From TPA_inf: Saccharomyces (lineage: Eukaryota): a stretch of DNA of 64,000 bases. How positions within the stretch are numbered: position 1 is the stretch's first letter; the number at the start of each line of letters is the position of its first letter. This document shows positions 34,342 through 45,352 of the stretch, one piece after another. The stretch is from contig BK006942.2 in the NCBI GenBank assembly GCA_000146045.2, positions 288,001-352,000 of the forward strand. Direction: 5' to 3'. The translations under genes were made by a program, and so were the position numbers. Below the pieces are notes generated by a model. It was not told the DNA's origin. It was given only the letters and a program-made list of their open reading frames with translations, and made no database searches.

Positions 34342-36105
34342 ATGTCTGCAATTAATCATCTTTGTTTGAAACTTATTTTGGCGAGTTTCGCGATTATTAA
34401 CACCATTACTGCTTTAACAAACGATGGCACTGGTCACTTAGAATTCCTTTTACAACACGAAGAGGAGATGTATTACGCAACAACCTTAGATATAGGTACA
34501 CCGTCCCAAAGTCTGACAGTGTTGTTTGATACCGGATCTGCCGATTTTTGGGTTATGGATTCTAGCAATCCCTTCTGCTTACCAAATTCAAATACGTCAT
34601 CCTATTCAAACGCAACTTATAATGGCGAAGAAGTTAAGCCTTCAATTGATTGCAGGTCTATGAGTACTTATAATGAGCATAGATCTTCCACCTACCAATA
34701 TCTGGAAAATGGTAGGTTTTACATCACATATGCTGACGGAACATTTGCTGACGGTAGTTGGGGGACGGAAACTGTATCAATTAATGGAATTGACATCCCC
34801 AATATCCAGTTCGGAGTTGCCAAGTATGCTACGACACCCGTTAGTGGTGTTCTTGGAATTGGGTTTCCTAGAAGAGAGTCCGTTAAGGGCTATGAAGGTG
34901 CTCCTAATGAATATTATCCTAATTTTCCTCAGATTTTAAAAAGTGAAAAAATAATCGATGTGGTCGCGTATTCGCTGTTCTTAAACTCACCTGATTCAGG
35001 TACTGGTTCGATTGTTTTTGGTGCCATTGATGAATCAAAGTTTTCTGGTGATTTGTTCACTTTCCCTATGGTAAATGAATATCCCACAATAGTCGACGCT
35101 CCTGCAACTTTAGCAATGACTATACAAGGATTAGGTGCCCAAAACAAAAGTAGTTGTGAACATGAAACGTTTACGACGACCAAGTATCCAGTTTTGTTGG
35201 ACTCAGGAACCTCGCTATTGAATGCGCCCAAGGTCATAGCAGATAAAATGGCTTCTTTTGTAAATGCGTCCTATAGTGAAGAGGAAGGTATATATATATT
35301 AGACTGTCCAGTATCTGTAGGTGACGTGGAATACAATTTTGATTTCGGCGATTTGCAAATAAGTGTTCCACTGTCTAGTTTGATTTTAAGTCCCGAGACA
35401 GAAGGCAGCTATTGTGGGTTTGCGGTCCAGCCAACAAACGATTCGATGGTTCTGGGTGATGTGTTCCTGTCCTCTGCATACGTCGTATTCGATCTCGATA
35501 ATTATAAGATATCTTTAGCACAGGCAAATTGGAACGCAAGCGAAGTTTCGAAAAAGCTAGTAAATATTCAAACAGATGGGTCTATTTCAGGTGCCAAAAT
35601 TGCTACAGCTGAACCCTGGTCCACCAATGAACCATTTACAGTCACCTCTGACATTTATTCATCTACAGGCTGCAAGAGTAGGCCTTTTCTTCAATCATCG
35701 ACAGCCTCTTCGCTTATTGCAGAAACCAACGTACAAAGTCGCAACTGCTCTACGAAGATGCCAGGCACTAGATCAACTACTGTCTTAAGTAAGCCTACTC
35801 AAAATAGTGCTATGCATCAAAGTACAGGCGCTGTCACACAAACCTCAAATGAAACTAAATTAGAATTATCCTCGACTATGGCAAATTCGGGCAGTGTCTC
35901 GCTTCCCACTTCGAATTCAATAGACAAAGAGTTCGAACATTCGAAATCTCAAACTACCAGCGATCCAAGTGTAGCAGAGCATTCTACGTTTAACCAAACG
36001 TTTGTACATGAAACTAAATATCGGCCTACTCATAAGACAGTCATAACAGAAACTGTCACGAAGTATTCTACAGTCTTAATAAATGTCTGTAAACCAACAT
36101 ATTAA
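34342..36105 (+). CDS. BAR1: Secreted aspartyl protease that degrades alpha-factor (Barrier)
   Basis: 587-aa ORF with a signal peptide, pepsin-family active sites DTGSADFWV and LDSGTSLL, and a Ser/Thr-rich C-terminal tail. Confidence 0.95.
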   Translation: MSAINHLCLKLILASFAIINTITALTNDGTGHLEFLLQHEEEMYYATTLDIGTPSQSLTVLFDTGSADFWVMDSSNPFCLPNSNTSSYSNATYNGEEVKPSIDCRSMSTYNEHRSSTYQYLENGRFYITYADGTFADGSWGTETVSINGIDIPNIQFGVAKYATTPVSGVLGIGFPRRESVKGYEGAPNEYYPNFPQILKSEKIIDVVAYSLFLNSPDSGTGSIVFGAIDESKFSGDLFTFPMVNEYPTIVDAPATLAMTIQGLGAQNKSSCEHETFTTTKYPVLLDSGTSLLNAPKVIADKMASFVNASYSEEEGIYILDCPVSVGDVEYNFDFGDLQISVPLSSLILSPETEGSYCGFAVQPTNDSMVLGDVFLSSAYVVFDLDNYKISLAQANWNASEVSKKLVNIQTDGSISGAKIATAEPWSTNEPFTVTSDIYSSTGCKSRPFLQSSTASSLIAETNVQSRNCSTKMPGTRSTTVLSKPTQNSAMHQSTGAVTQTSNETKLELSSTMANSGSVSLPTSNSIDKEFEHSKSQTTSDPSVAEHSTFNQTFVHETKYRPTHKTVITETVTKYSTVLINVCKPTY

Positions 36106-36302
36106 GAAATCTGGAGTACAATTTCTTTATAGCATATAAATATCAAATATATAGTCATTTTTAATACATGGAAAGCATAATAAAAAAACAAGGGGAGTTT
36201 TACTGATATCATTGGGATATATAAAACAAAATAGTAATATTATGCAGCCATCACAATTTTGAACAAGTAGCACATTATTCATTGAATAAATGCTAAAAAA
36301 AT

Positions 36303-36374
36303 CTCCGCGACGGGGAATTGAACCCCGATCTGGCACGCGACAAGCGCCCATTCTGACCATTAAACTATCACGGA
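36303..36374 (-). tRNA. tD(GUC): tRNA-Asp (anticodon GUC), copy 1
   Basis: Reverse complement is TCCGTGATAGTTTAATGGTCAGAATGGGCGCTTGTCGCGTGCCAGATCGGGGTTCAATTCCCCGTCGCGGAG, yeast tRNA-Asp. A T7 Pol III terminator sits on the 3' side. Confidence 0.95.
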
Positions 36375-36390
36375 ATATTAGATGTGATAT

Positions 36391-36734
36391 TGTTGTATCT
36401 CAAAATGCGATACGTCAATATGACAATACGTCATCCTAAACGTCCGTAAAACACATATGAAACAACCTTATAACAAAACGAACAACATGAGATAAAACCC
36501 GGCCTCCCCTAGCTGAACTAACCAAACGTATAAATGCCTGAACAATTAGTTTAGATCCAAGATTCCGCGCTTTCACCATTTAGTATGATTCATATTCTAT
36601 ACAATATATAAGATAAGTAACATCCCGTGAATTAAGCTGATAATCCGTTTTGACAGCTCGTTACTTCCCTAAGACTGTTAATAATAATAAGATTGTCAAG
36701 ACACCCCGGTATTACTCGAGCCCGTAATACAACA
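36391..36734 (+). mobile_element. Solo sigma element (Ty3 LTR) beginning 16 bp upstream of the tD(GUC) 5' end
   Basis: Starts TGTTGTATCTCAAAATG and ends CCCGTAATACAACA; about 344 bp matching the sigma consensus throughout. Confidence 0.9.
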
Positions 36735-36830
36735 ATTTTTTCATTTCACTTATCCTTTGTATTTTATGTACAGTAAAATCTGTCATCTGAAATAAGGACC
36801 TTGTTGAAGAAAGACTTTGTTGTGTCGGAA

Positions 36831-37164
36831 TGTTGGAATAAAAATCCACTATTTTCTATCAACTAATAGTTATACTATCAATATATTATCATATACGTTG
36901 TTAAGATGATGACATAACTTATGAGAAGCTGTCATCGAGGTTAGAGGAAGCTGAAATACAAAAATTGATAATGTAATAGGATAACGAAACATATAAAACG
37001 GAATGAGGAACAATCGTAATATTAGTATGTAAAAATATAAATTCCACTTTGAGGATTCCTATGTCCTCGAGGAGAACTTTCAGTATATTCTGTATACATA
37101 ATATTATAAGCATTTATCAACAATGGAACCCCCAACAATTATCTCAAAATTCACCCATTTCTCA
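36831..37164 (+). mobile_element. Solo Ty1/Ty2 delta LTR (334 bp)
   Basis: Runs from TGTTGGAATAAAAATCC to ATTCACCCATTTCTCA and contains TATAAAACGGAATGAGGAA and GAGGATTCCTATGTCCTCGAGGAGAACTT. Confidence 0.9.
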
Positions 37165-37215
37165 AATATTATATAGCCTTTACTAACAACGGAATTCCAA
37201 CAATTATCTAATTAT
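37165..37215 (+). mobile_element. Short 3'-end fragment of a second delta LTR
   Basis: TATAGCCTTTACTAACAACGGAATTCCAACAATTATCT repeats the delta 3' terminal region right after the complete delta. Confidence 0.45.
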
Positions 37216-37526
37216 TCATTAAATGGCCAGGAAAGTCCTGGCAGAGGGGTACTTTCATCAGTAAAGGAATAATTGTCCCAGTACTCCCCCGCATCATAAA
37301 CCCACTGGGTTGCATTCTCCAAAGTTGGCACTAGATGAGTTGCTATTAATTCCTCCGTGCAGCCATTTATAGCGGACACATTTAAAACATAGTCACCTAA
37401 CATTGGGTTAGTTGTATAAGATAGATAGCTAATATCAGGCGTGGCATTCCCCCAAATAATCAATAAGTTTGCTGATTCATTACTCATCAAAGTAGTTATA
37501 CTGGGATAGTTCATGTCAATGTCCAT
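37212..37526 (-). CDS. Small uncharacterised ORF (YIL014C-A)
   Basis: 104-aa ORF with five N-x-S/T sequons and no clear signal peptide. It sits between the LTR cluster and tT(AGU). Confidence 0.45.
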   Translation of the reverse strand: MDIDMNYPSITTLMSNESANLLIIWGNATPDISYLSYTTNPMLGDYVLNVSAINGCTEELIATHLVPTLENATQWVYDAGEYWDNYSFTDESTPLPGLSWPFNE

Positions 37527-37747
37527 TTCTTTTCAGAAAAACAGACTGTTAAATAAAACAGGCCTTAAACTTCAATTTTTGAACTTTTTTCTACTTTCTG
37601 CCTTTAGCTCTGTTGTCTCATTAAAATAGTACATAATTTGTGCATAGCTACTTGTAAGAAGCAGTCGAGTAAATGTTTGGAAGCTGTTTGCAACCACATT
37701 TTAAATGATATCCTTTATGCGATAATCTCATCTACCGTAAAATACGA

Positions 37748-37820
37748 GCTTCTATGGCCAAGTTGGTAAGGCGCCACACTAGTAATGTGGAGATCATCGG
37801 TTCAAATCCGATTGGAAGCA
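37748..37820 (+). tRNA. tT(AGU): tRNA-Thr (anticodon AGU)
   Basis: GCTTCTATGGCCAAGTTGGTAAGGCGCCACACTAGTAATGTGGAGATCATCGGTTCAAATCCGATTGGAAGCA, a cloverleaf with an AGT anticodon followed by a T-run. Confidence 0.93.
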
Positions 37821-38102
37821 ATTTTTTTTCTTTGAAAGAGAATCTTTTTCAAATACGGAAGAATGAAGAAGTATCGACAATGCAAATTACCTTAATGATC
37901 TCGTCTAAAAAAATTTTGAAGAGGAATTATTCTGATTTACACGCAAAAAGTGGCAATAATCTACTCTTTAATTTGGTATCATTGTTTGTCTTAGTACTTA
38001 AATTGTGCCTCTGGAACTGATCAAATTCCTTTCTCCATCACATGAGTACGAGGAGGGGTGTTAAGGAATTAAAGACAGTCTACTAAAACTATTTCCCTAA
38101 GC

Positions 38103-39995
38103 ATGCTTAAATCATTAAAATCCAGAAGACTAATCTTAAAACGATTAGTAACACTGCTGCTCTCTTTATTCTTTTCTTATCTCATTTTCTCTGCCAGTCG
38201 GAATGTTACATCATCCAATAAATTAAACAACCATGCAAGCGAGAGGACAGCTGTTGAATCATCTGCATTCAATTGGATTGAAAAACGACAACACCAAGTG
38301 AGATCCGAAAACTTAATGAACAGATTATCTGCCTACTTTTTGCCCTTTTTGAGTAGAAGTTCTCACAAAGAACGTGTATTGTTGAGGCAATTAGGAAATA
38401 ATGAAATAGCGAAGAGTGACAAGTGCCGTTACATTTTTGAAGTACTATACAAGATTGATCCCGACTGGGACAATGCGCAAACTGCAAAATTTTATAATGT
38501 TGATGGTGTAGATAACACGTTGGCCTCATTGTTAGGGGAAAGATTAAGATCTTATGATTATTGCTTTTTATCTGGTCAATTAGATCCTACTGCAATATTT
38601 GCAAATTCAACCGTAAATCCTCATGATTTGCAAAACAGAATGTTTCCATTTCTGAAGAAAATTAACGAGGAATCCAAAACTGTAATGTGGCCTATTATCA
38701 CAGACATGACAACTGGAGAGGCAGTTCCGGCACCCGAGGTTGATATGGAATCATCAAACTTTAATGGTAACTTTTGGTCCAACTGGAATAGGTTGAGCAA
38801 AGGAAGAGGTTTTGTTTTAACTATTGCTGAAAAGGATGTTCCTTTATTTTTGAAACAGTTGAAAGTGATGGAATTTTCAAAAAACGAATTACCATTCCAA
38901 ATAGTATCCACGGGAAATGAACTATCAGCAGAGTCTATTGCTAAAATTTCTGAGACCGCTAAAGAAACGGAACAAAGGGTCTACTTAGTAGACTGCTCGA
39001 CAGTGCTTGACACTAATTTTGCTAATACATACATTTCTTTTTTTCAGAATAAATGGGTCGCCACTTTGTTCAACACATTTGAAGAATACATTTTGTTGGA
39101 TGCAGACGTAGTACCGTTTGTAGGGTCTGATTACTTTTTCGACTCTCCTTCTTACAGGGAGAGCGGGATACTTTTGTTCAAGGATAGGGTTATGGAAAAC
39201 GAGCAAACTTTCCAATACTGCATCGAAATGTTAAATGAAGTGGAACCCTCTGCACAAGAACGCAGATTTATTGGAAGTAGGTTAGTTTTTGATTCGTCAT
39301 TACCGTTTTCTTCCGAAACCTCAGAAGAAGCATCTGTGTATTACAATTTTTTCAAAAAATTACGACTCCATCATGTTGATAGTGGTTTGGTTGTAGTCAA
39401 TAAACTTGAGAAATTAAATGGATTGTTGATGTCTTTTATGTTAAATTTGGATGGAAAATTGCAGAGGTGTGTGTATGGTGACAAGGAAATATTCTGGTTG
39501 GGGCAATTATATGCTGGCCAGGATTATTCTATCAATCCCGTTGATGGCAGTATTATTGGACCTGTTAATGAAGAGCCTGAAAATGATGACGGACATAAAA
39601 GCGGGATGTACTACATTTGTTCTACGCAGATTGCACACAGTGACTCCAAAAATCGATTACTATGGGTAAACGGTGGACTGAAGACTTGTAAAATTTCGAA
39701 CAGTGCTGAAGATGACTTTGGAAGAGAGCCAGAGTATTTTAAGAGTAGATATGGGGACATTTCAAAATTAAAAAGGATATATGATGCTTCGTTGAACGTA
39801 GAGGGACTAATCGTTCCTGACGTTTCTGTTCATCCATGGATGCAAATCAAGGAATGTTCTAATTATATGTATTGTGCATATGCTACGGGTGACGGACACA
39901 CAAACTCTGAACTTGACGAAGGTCGTCTAATCACGTTTACTGAAAAGGAATTACGATATATCAATGATATTTCTCGAACCTGGAATGCTAATTGA
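38103..39995 (+). CDS. MNT3: Golgi alpha-1,3-mannosyltransferase (Mnn1 family)
   Basis: 630-aa type-II membrane protein with an N-terminal TM anchor and Mnn1-family glycosyltransferase body. Confidence 0.85.
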   Translation: MLKSLKSRRLILKRLVTLLLSLFFSYLIFSASRNVTSSNKLNNHASERTAVESSAFNWIEKRQHQVRSENLMNRLSAYFLPFLSRSSHKERVLLRQLGNNEIAKSDKCRYIFEVLYKIDPDWDNAQTAKFYNVDGVDNTLASLLGERLRSYDYCFLSGQLDPTAIFANSTVNPHDLQNRMFPFLKKINEESKTVMWPIITDMTTGEAVPAPEVDMESSNFNGNFWSNWNRLSKGRGFVLTIAEKDVPLFLKQLKVMEFSKNELPFQIVSTGNELSAESIAKISETAKETEQRVYLVDCSTVLDTNFANTYISFFQNKWVATLFNTFEEYILLDADVVPFVGSDYFFDSPSYRESGILLFKDRVMENEQTFQYCIEMLNEVEPSAQERRFIGSRLVFDSSLPFSSETSEEASVYYNFFKKLRLHHVDSGLVVVNKLEKLNGLLMSFMLNLDGKLQRCVYGDKEIFWLGQLYAGQDYSINPVDGSIIGPVNEEPENDDGHKSGMYYICSTQIAHSDSKNRLLWVNGGLKTCKISNSAEDDFGREPEYFKSRYGDISKLKRIYDASLNVEGLIVPDVSVHPWMQIKECSNYMYCAYATGDGHTNSELDEGRLITFTEKELRYINDISRTWNAN

Positions 39996-40206
39996 GAAAA
40001 AAAAAAGTGAAAAGGAAATGAGAGTATTAATATTTATTAAGTATGGAGCATATATAATCCGAAAAATGATTATAGATTAATTTAGAATATGATTTGGGAA
40101 TAAATTAACAATTAGTTTAAAGCAGAAGGCAGCCGGATGAGGAACAAGAACTGTTGAATAGTATTAGGTAATTTTGAATGTTTTCTAACGGAACGCTATT
40201 CACTGA

Positions 40207-43200
40207 TTATACGCTTTGTTCGTTTGGATTATGAGATGTTTTGGACCGCCTCATTGATGGGATACACTTCTTTATACCATCAATCACAGAAGGCCAAATT
40301 TTTTTGATGTAGGTTAGGTAGAAGCCCACAAACATGGCGGCAATGTTAAAGCAAACGAAAACCCATTCAAAACCAAAATTTCTCCATCTGTGATGATAAC
40401 TCATATTTTCTTGAGCAAGGAAGTCATCCCCAACAGTGTACATGCAGTAGGCGCAGACGGTGTATGTGTTATTGATGTGCAGTTTCCCACCAAATTCATC
40501 AATAAAGGGTTTCATAAACTGACCGCAGGTTTGACCCATTACAGGTTGGCTTGGTACCATTTCACTTGTCGAGCAGTTTACTTCTCTGTCATGGAGAAGT
40601 AAGCTTACGAAAGTTTCAATGAAATACGTGTATGGTGAAACCCTGTACATGAATGTCCAAAATCTTGGGAATAACGAGTATGGTTGCATAACGCCACAGA
40701 ATGAAGCTGTGAAACTATAGAGGAAGGCAACAAAGACAGCGGCAGTTTGTAAATCGGGGGCAGAATATAGAAGCCACAACCCAAATGACAAATAATACAT
40801 GGAAAATAAAATATAATTCAAGTAAAAGACACCAGCTACACGGGCAGAGGTTTCGAAACCGCAACAGAAGTAGCAACACAGGAAAAATAAGGTAGAACTG
40901 GAAATGGCTAATGGTAATTCAACAATAGTTTGAGCAATCAAAAGAACGGTCCAATGATAAGTATTAGATCTCGCTTCCCTGGCGATATATACTTCTTTAG
41001 ATTGCAAAGCCTTATCTTGAACCTGATTGATCAAAGGGGAGGAAACACAAAGCATCATGAAGCACAAGAAAATAGCATCTTGCAGACCGTTGATATTATG
41101 CTTTGTCCTCCAAAATGAAAATCCAATGAATAGTCCAGCGCCAGCATTCAAAGCATATTTAGCGAAAACATAGGTCATGTCTCTCTTGGTACAAATGTAC
41201 TGTCTCTTTGTGATTAACTTTATTTGTTCCATATACGAAGGCGGACTCCATACGGACGTAGTGAAATCAACACCAGATTTCCGGGCTTCTTCTTCTAATA
41301 AAAGCAAATCATCAGCAACCCGCACTTTTTCTGGAGAGGATTGCCAGAGTTCTGCCCAGTTAATTGAATCAGATTGCTTATGGTAAGATACTGGCTCATC
41401 AATTTTGCTTGAGGTTGGCTTCTCTGCATCATCCATTGGAATATTTGTACTTCCGCTACCAACAACGTCAATAACGAAATCAGCCGGATTATCCATTTCT
41501 CTGTCAAATGTTAGGCGTCTATCGTGAGCTACAAAATAGTCACAGGCATTAGGTAATGAACCAAAATAGACACACTCACCACCTCTTTTTAGTAAATAGA
41601 TGTTATCAAAATAGCTGATGACACTTTTGCTAGGCTGATGAATAGTACATAAGATAGCCTGACCTTGCATCGAAAGCTTTTTCAGAAATTGCACGATGGT
41701 TAAAGCTGCTTCGGCGTCTAGCCCTGAAGTAGGTTCATCTAGGAATAACAACAGAGAAGGCTTAGTGACCAATTCAACACCAATAGATAATAATTTTCTT
41801 TGAGTTGGAGATAAATCAGCAACCAGTTTTTCCGAAGGCAATCTTAATAGGTTGCTAACAACTCCTAAATAGTCTCTATCCCCATCACCTCTTAGGACGC
41901 AGGAAATTTCCAAAGACTCTCTCACAGTTAAGAGCTCTAAATGAACATCTTGCTGTTGAACGAACCCTATACTTCTTCTGAATGCATCAATATTCGTTAA
42001 GGGCTGTCCATCGATTAATAATTCACCGGTAACAACCCCGCTTTCGGTCCTTTGAGACAAGACATTCAACAAAGTTGTCTTACCAGCACCAGATTCACCC
42101 ATTAGGGCAGTTAATCCGGAACTTATATATCCAGAAGCGTCGTTGATCAATTTTTTGTCTCCAATGGTATAATTGATATTTTTCCAGGAGATGACGTGCT
42201 TTTGCGTTTCCATAGCTACGGATTCCTTAGTATGATTGTTAACAGTTTCATCTGGATGTTTAATATTGTAATCAGTATCGTATTGATGCGAGACTGATGG
42301 AACAGAAGAGGATGAAGTGGAAAAATTGGCTATCGGGGTCTTGGGAGTACATACGCCATCGTTGTTGGTAATAGCGCTTTTATTATTCTTTTTTTGGCTA
42401 TTCAGAAAGGGACAGTATCTTTTGAGATAGTTATTCCAGCGCAATAAATTTTCTCTAGTAAACAGAGGCGTGATATATTCCGCTGCTAGTAAAGAGCAAA
42501 ATAGGAAGAAACACAGAAACCCAATGATAATACCGAAATTTCTCCACACGTGATGGTAAGTGTATTTCAATCCACTTTTTAAATAATCACGGCCTCTGAC
42601 GTAATCGTTACCTAGGGTAGCGCCTTGCCAGGCACAAGCTTTATGACTGAATGAAATATTGTCATAATATTCACCTCTGGGAATAATACTTTCATGACAG
42701 TCTAGTTTCAGGTTAAACAATTCGTTACTCAAAATGGCTTCCATGGCAAACATAGCAGGATTCAAATATGCAATCCATATGAACCATGGATGCATATCTT
42801 TCATATAAATAACATAGGACGCGTACATGGCAATGGCTAACAGTAAGATACCGGCCAATAGGTTTGCCATTGATAGAGTTGGAGCGATCAAAGCAGTTAA
42901 TGCAAATAGTGACACCATGCAAAAATTATAGACGGAAAGGAAAAGCAAAAAGATGAAAAACCTAGCTGCATTGTACTGTAAATGGGCCAAAAAGTAAAGT
43001 ATGATTGTAAAAATAACCACCAGTATAAATTTAGAGCAGCAATCGAAAAAATTTGTTGCTAAAGTTTCCACCCAATTATAATAAAAATGGAGCTGGACAT
43101 GTTTACGAACGACGGGTTGCCTTTGAAAGGAAGCAGGCATGTCGGCGAGAGAAAGAAATGTAAAGAATAGGATGGAAAAGAAAGTTAAAGATCCTCTAGA

Positions 43201-44442
43201 AAACGAACCAATTGTTGTCAGGGGAATGTTATAAAAAAGGGACCCAATAACCAAAGACTGCACCACAACAGAAACAAATTGAGAAATCAAGTAGTTTCTG
43301 TCACCAATGATTCTTTCGAAAGCTCTTACAGTGCACGTTTTCAGTTGCGTCTTTAGCGGAATACTAAAAATGGGGGAGATATCATCCGGATTAACATCTT
43401 TTCTGGTGCATTCTTGCACTGTTTTTGAAGTGATGGCCTTCCAGTGTTTATAGTATGGAGACTGAATCCATAATGTATGCAAATCTGTTTCATTATTGAT
43501 GTTTAAAGCTTGATTTTCTTCAGAAACAACAGATGGAGTGTCAAGACCAACAATGGAATTAGACGTTTCCTTGAACTTAAAATTTAAGATTGATGTTAAA
43601 TATTCAATAATACAATCGTTAGGGTTTTTTTTTATCTGTAAGGTGTCATGAAAATGGGTTAAACACTCCTCCATGGTTCCGTAAAACACCTGGAAGGAAT
43701 CACCTAACATAAGAATCTTGTCAAACTTGCTGACAATTTTGTCGCTTGCTTGAGAAATTTTAACAAAATTCACCGATCTTGTAGCTTTTGCCATCTTTTG
43801 GGTAATGGAAAGAAATTCTAGGGCGGTGGCAGAGTCCAAACCCTTCGTCGAGTTGTCCCATAAGTAAACAGACCCATTGGCAATAAACGTTTCTATAATG
43901 GAGATACGTTTCCTTTCACCTCCAGAAACACCACGAACGTAGTCATTACCCACATACGTCTTCTTTACGTGCGACAGTCCGAACTCTTTTAATAACTCGT
44001 CTCTCATTTCAATACGCTCTTGCTTGGGAATGTGAAACTTACAACTCAACGCAAAATCAATGGTTTGCTCCACCGTCAGATACGGGAAGTGAATATCTTG
44101 TTCGTTATTATAAATGATCTGATGGGGGCATTTGGAAGCAAACTGTTTGTACTCATTGTCTTTGAATCTAATAGACCCTTCAGGCGAGTATTTCAGATGC
44201 TTGTGACCATGGAATAGACCTTTGAAGAGCGCTGATGTTGGGTTTCCCAGTACTAAGACGACTTCACCTTCATTAGCACGAAAAGTGATATCACTAATTT
44301 CTAAATGGCCTACGTTTTTGAATTCCGATGCGGACTCTTCATCGTTCTGAACAGCACCGAGGGATTCTTCCAATTGAACGGTAGCCCCATCAAAGGTGAC
44401 TGAAGCGTCAGGAATTGGATTAAAATATTTGGAAAGAGACAT
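40207..44442 (-). CDS. PDR11: Full-size PDR-type ABC transporter (sterol uptake under anaerobiosis)
   Basis: 1411-aa ORF with (NBD-TMD)x2 topology. Two Walker A motifs (GESGAGKT), ABC signature motifs and 12 TM helices. Confidence 0.9.
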   Translation of the reverse strand: MSLSKYFNPIPDASVTFDGATVQLEESLGAVQNDEESASEFKNVGHLEISDITFRANEGEVVLVLGNPTSALFKGLFHGHKHLKYSPEGSIRFKDNEYKQFASKCPHQIIYNNEQDIHFPYLTVEQTIDFALSCKFHIPKQERIEMRDELLKEFGLSHVKKTYVGNDYVRGVSGGERKRISIIETFIANGSVYLWDNSTKGLDSATALEFLSITQKMAKATRSVNFVKISQASDKIVSKFDKILMLGDSFQVFYGTMEECLTHFHDTLQIKKNPNDCIIEYLTSILNFKFKETSNSIVGLDTPSVVSEENQALNINNETDLHTLWIQSPYYKHWKAITSKTVQECTRKDVNPDDISPIFSIPLKTQLKTCTVRAFERIIGDRNYLISQFVSVVVQSLVIGSLFYNIPLTTIGSFSRGSLTFFSILFFTFLSLADMPASFQRQPVVRKHVQLHFYYNWVETLATNFFDCCSKFILVVIFTIILYFLAHLQYNAARFFIFLLFLSVYNFCMVSLFALTALIAPTLSMANLLAGILLLAIAMYASYVIYMKDMHPWFIWIAYLNPAMFAMEAILSNELFNLKLDCHESIIPRGEYYDNISFSHKACAWQGATLGNDYVRGRDYLKSGLKYTYHHVWRNFGIIIGFLCFFLFCSLLAAEYITPLFTRENLLRWNNYLKRYCPFLNSQKKNNKSAITNNDGVCTPKTPIANFSTSSSSVPSVSHQYDTDYNIKHPDETVNNHTKESVAMETQKHVISWKNINYTIGDKKLINDASGYISSGLTALMGESGAGKTTLLNVLSQRTESGVVTGELLIDGQPLTNIDAFRRSIGFVQQQDVHLELLTVRESLEISCVLRGDGDRDYLGVVSNLLRLPSEKLVADLSPTQRKLLSIGVELVTKPSLLLFLDEPTSGLDAEAALTIVQFLKKLSMQGQAILCTIHQPSKSVISYFDNIYLLKRGGECVYFGSLPNACDYFVAHDRRLTFDREMDNPADFVIDVVGSGSTNIPMDDAEKPTSSKIDEPVSYHKQSDSINWAELWQSSPEKVRVADDLLLLEEEARKSGVDFTTSVWSPPSYMEQIKLITKRQYICTKRDMTYVFAKYALNAGAGLFIGFSFWRTKHNINGLQDAIFLCFMMLCVSSPLINQVQDKALQSKEVYIAREARSNTYHWTVLLIAQTIVELPLAISSSTLFFLCCYFCCGFETSARVAGVFYLNYILFSMYYLSFGLWLLYSAPDLQTAAVFVAFLYSFTASFCGVMQPYSLFPRFWTFMYRVSPYTYFIETFVSLLLHDREVNCSTSEMVPSQPVMGQTCGQFMKPFIDEFGGKLHINNTYTVCAYCMYTVGDDFLAQENMSYHHRWRNFGFEWVFVCFNIAAMFVGFYLTYIKKIWPSVIDGIKKCIPSMRRSKTSHNPNEQSV

Positions 44443-44864
44443 CCGCGAGGCGTTGCTTCTCTAATTTTACTCTATCGTGTTTAGTTGTGAATTTTTTTGC
44501 TACAGTATGCAAGTTCTTTTTACCAACCCGTTTACGAACTAATGAGAAAAGGGTTTAAGTGTGTGATAATACTATTAATAGCTAAAAGAGCAGAGAGCTT
44601 TACGATGTTGTATGTTGTTTTATATAGGTGAGAGCAGGATCTGCGGAAAATACTTCGTACCGTAGTATCCATTTTGCCTATGGAGGAAAGCTTGTTTCCA
44701 AACCAGGAGATCCGCAGACAGGAAAAGTTCGAGGCCAAACAAAAACCGCAGCACAATGGAGTAAAAGTCGAAGGCACGGGCCCCAAACGATAGAGTGGAA
44801 GTTGTAGGAAACAAAAGTGGCCGTCTATGTGGCGCTTCTCTGCGGTGAATTCTGTGCGAAGTGC

Positions 44865-44872
44865 CTAAACGA
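44865..44872 (-). promoter_or_regulatory. AR1/Upc2-type anaerobic response motif TCGTTTAG in the divergent PDR11-TIR3 intergenic region
   Basis: The plus strand reads CTAAACGA, reverse complement TCGTTTAG, an exact AR1 consensus TCGTTYAG. It lies about 420 bp upstream of PDR11. Confidence 0.35.
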
Positions 44873-45010
44873 AAACGGACGGAGAAGGCTGCGGGGGGAT
44901 ATCCCTTGCATAAAGGATGCCCGGCACTGTCCTAGACGGTGCCTTCCCTTAGAGACTAGGAGAGACTTGAGTAGGAGAAACTGAGCAGGAAAATTCGAGA
45001 GATAAAGTAC

Positions 45011-45352
45011 ATGTGCCTAGGTAAGCTGTACTTCGAACAGCTAATATTAGTAAGATGCATAAAGGGGCGTCAAAGTGGAAATATAACGACAGGAGAATCT
45101 CGGTGTGTAAGTTGGAATGTGTATTGCACCACTTCCATGATTGGGCTTTTTTCCTGGCGCAAAATGTTGCTTTTTCAACATTTTTCTTATACGCAGAGAG
45201 AGAATCGTCAGATAGGTGGTAAAACTTGGAGCCTAATTAGCTCATTATTTCATTTGAACGAGACATTGGCTTCTGCCCTACATCACCCATACGAGACATT
45301 GGCCTTATACGAGGCGTACTTCGCCTTGCGGGAAAAAAAATTTCTTTTGTAA
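45011..45352 (+). other. 113-aa intergenic ORF (dubious YIL012W), probably non-coding
   Basis: No domain, and it sits in the PDR11/TIR3 promoter region. Confidence 0.15.

Noticed and set aside
36127-36360. 77-aa ORF overlapping tD(GUC)
   Set aside because: It overlaps a tRNA gene and its Pol III terminator and is not plausible as a protein.
36386-36740. Target-site duplications flanking the solo sigma and delta elements
   Set aside because: The 5-bp flanks (GATAT and ATTTT for sigma; CGGAA and AATAT for delta) do not match. They have either diverged or been lost through LTR-LTR recombination, so no claim is made.
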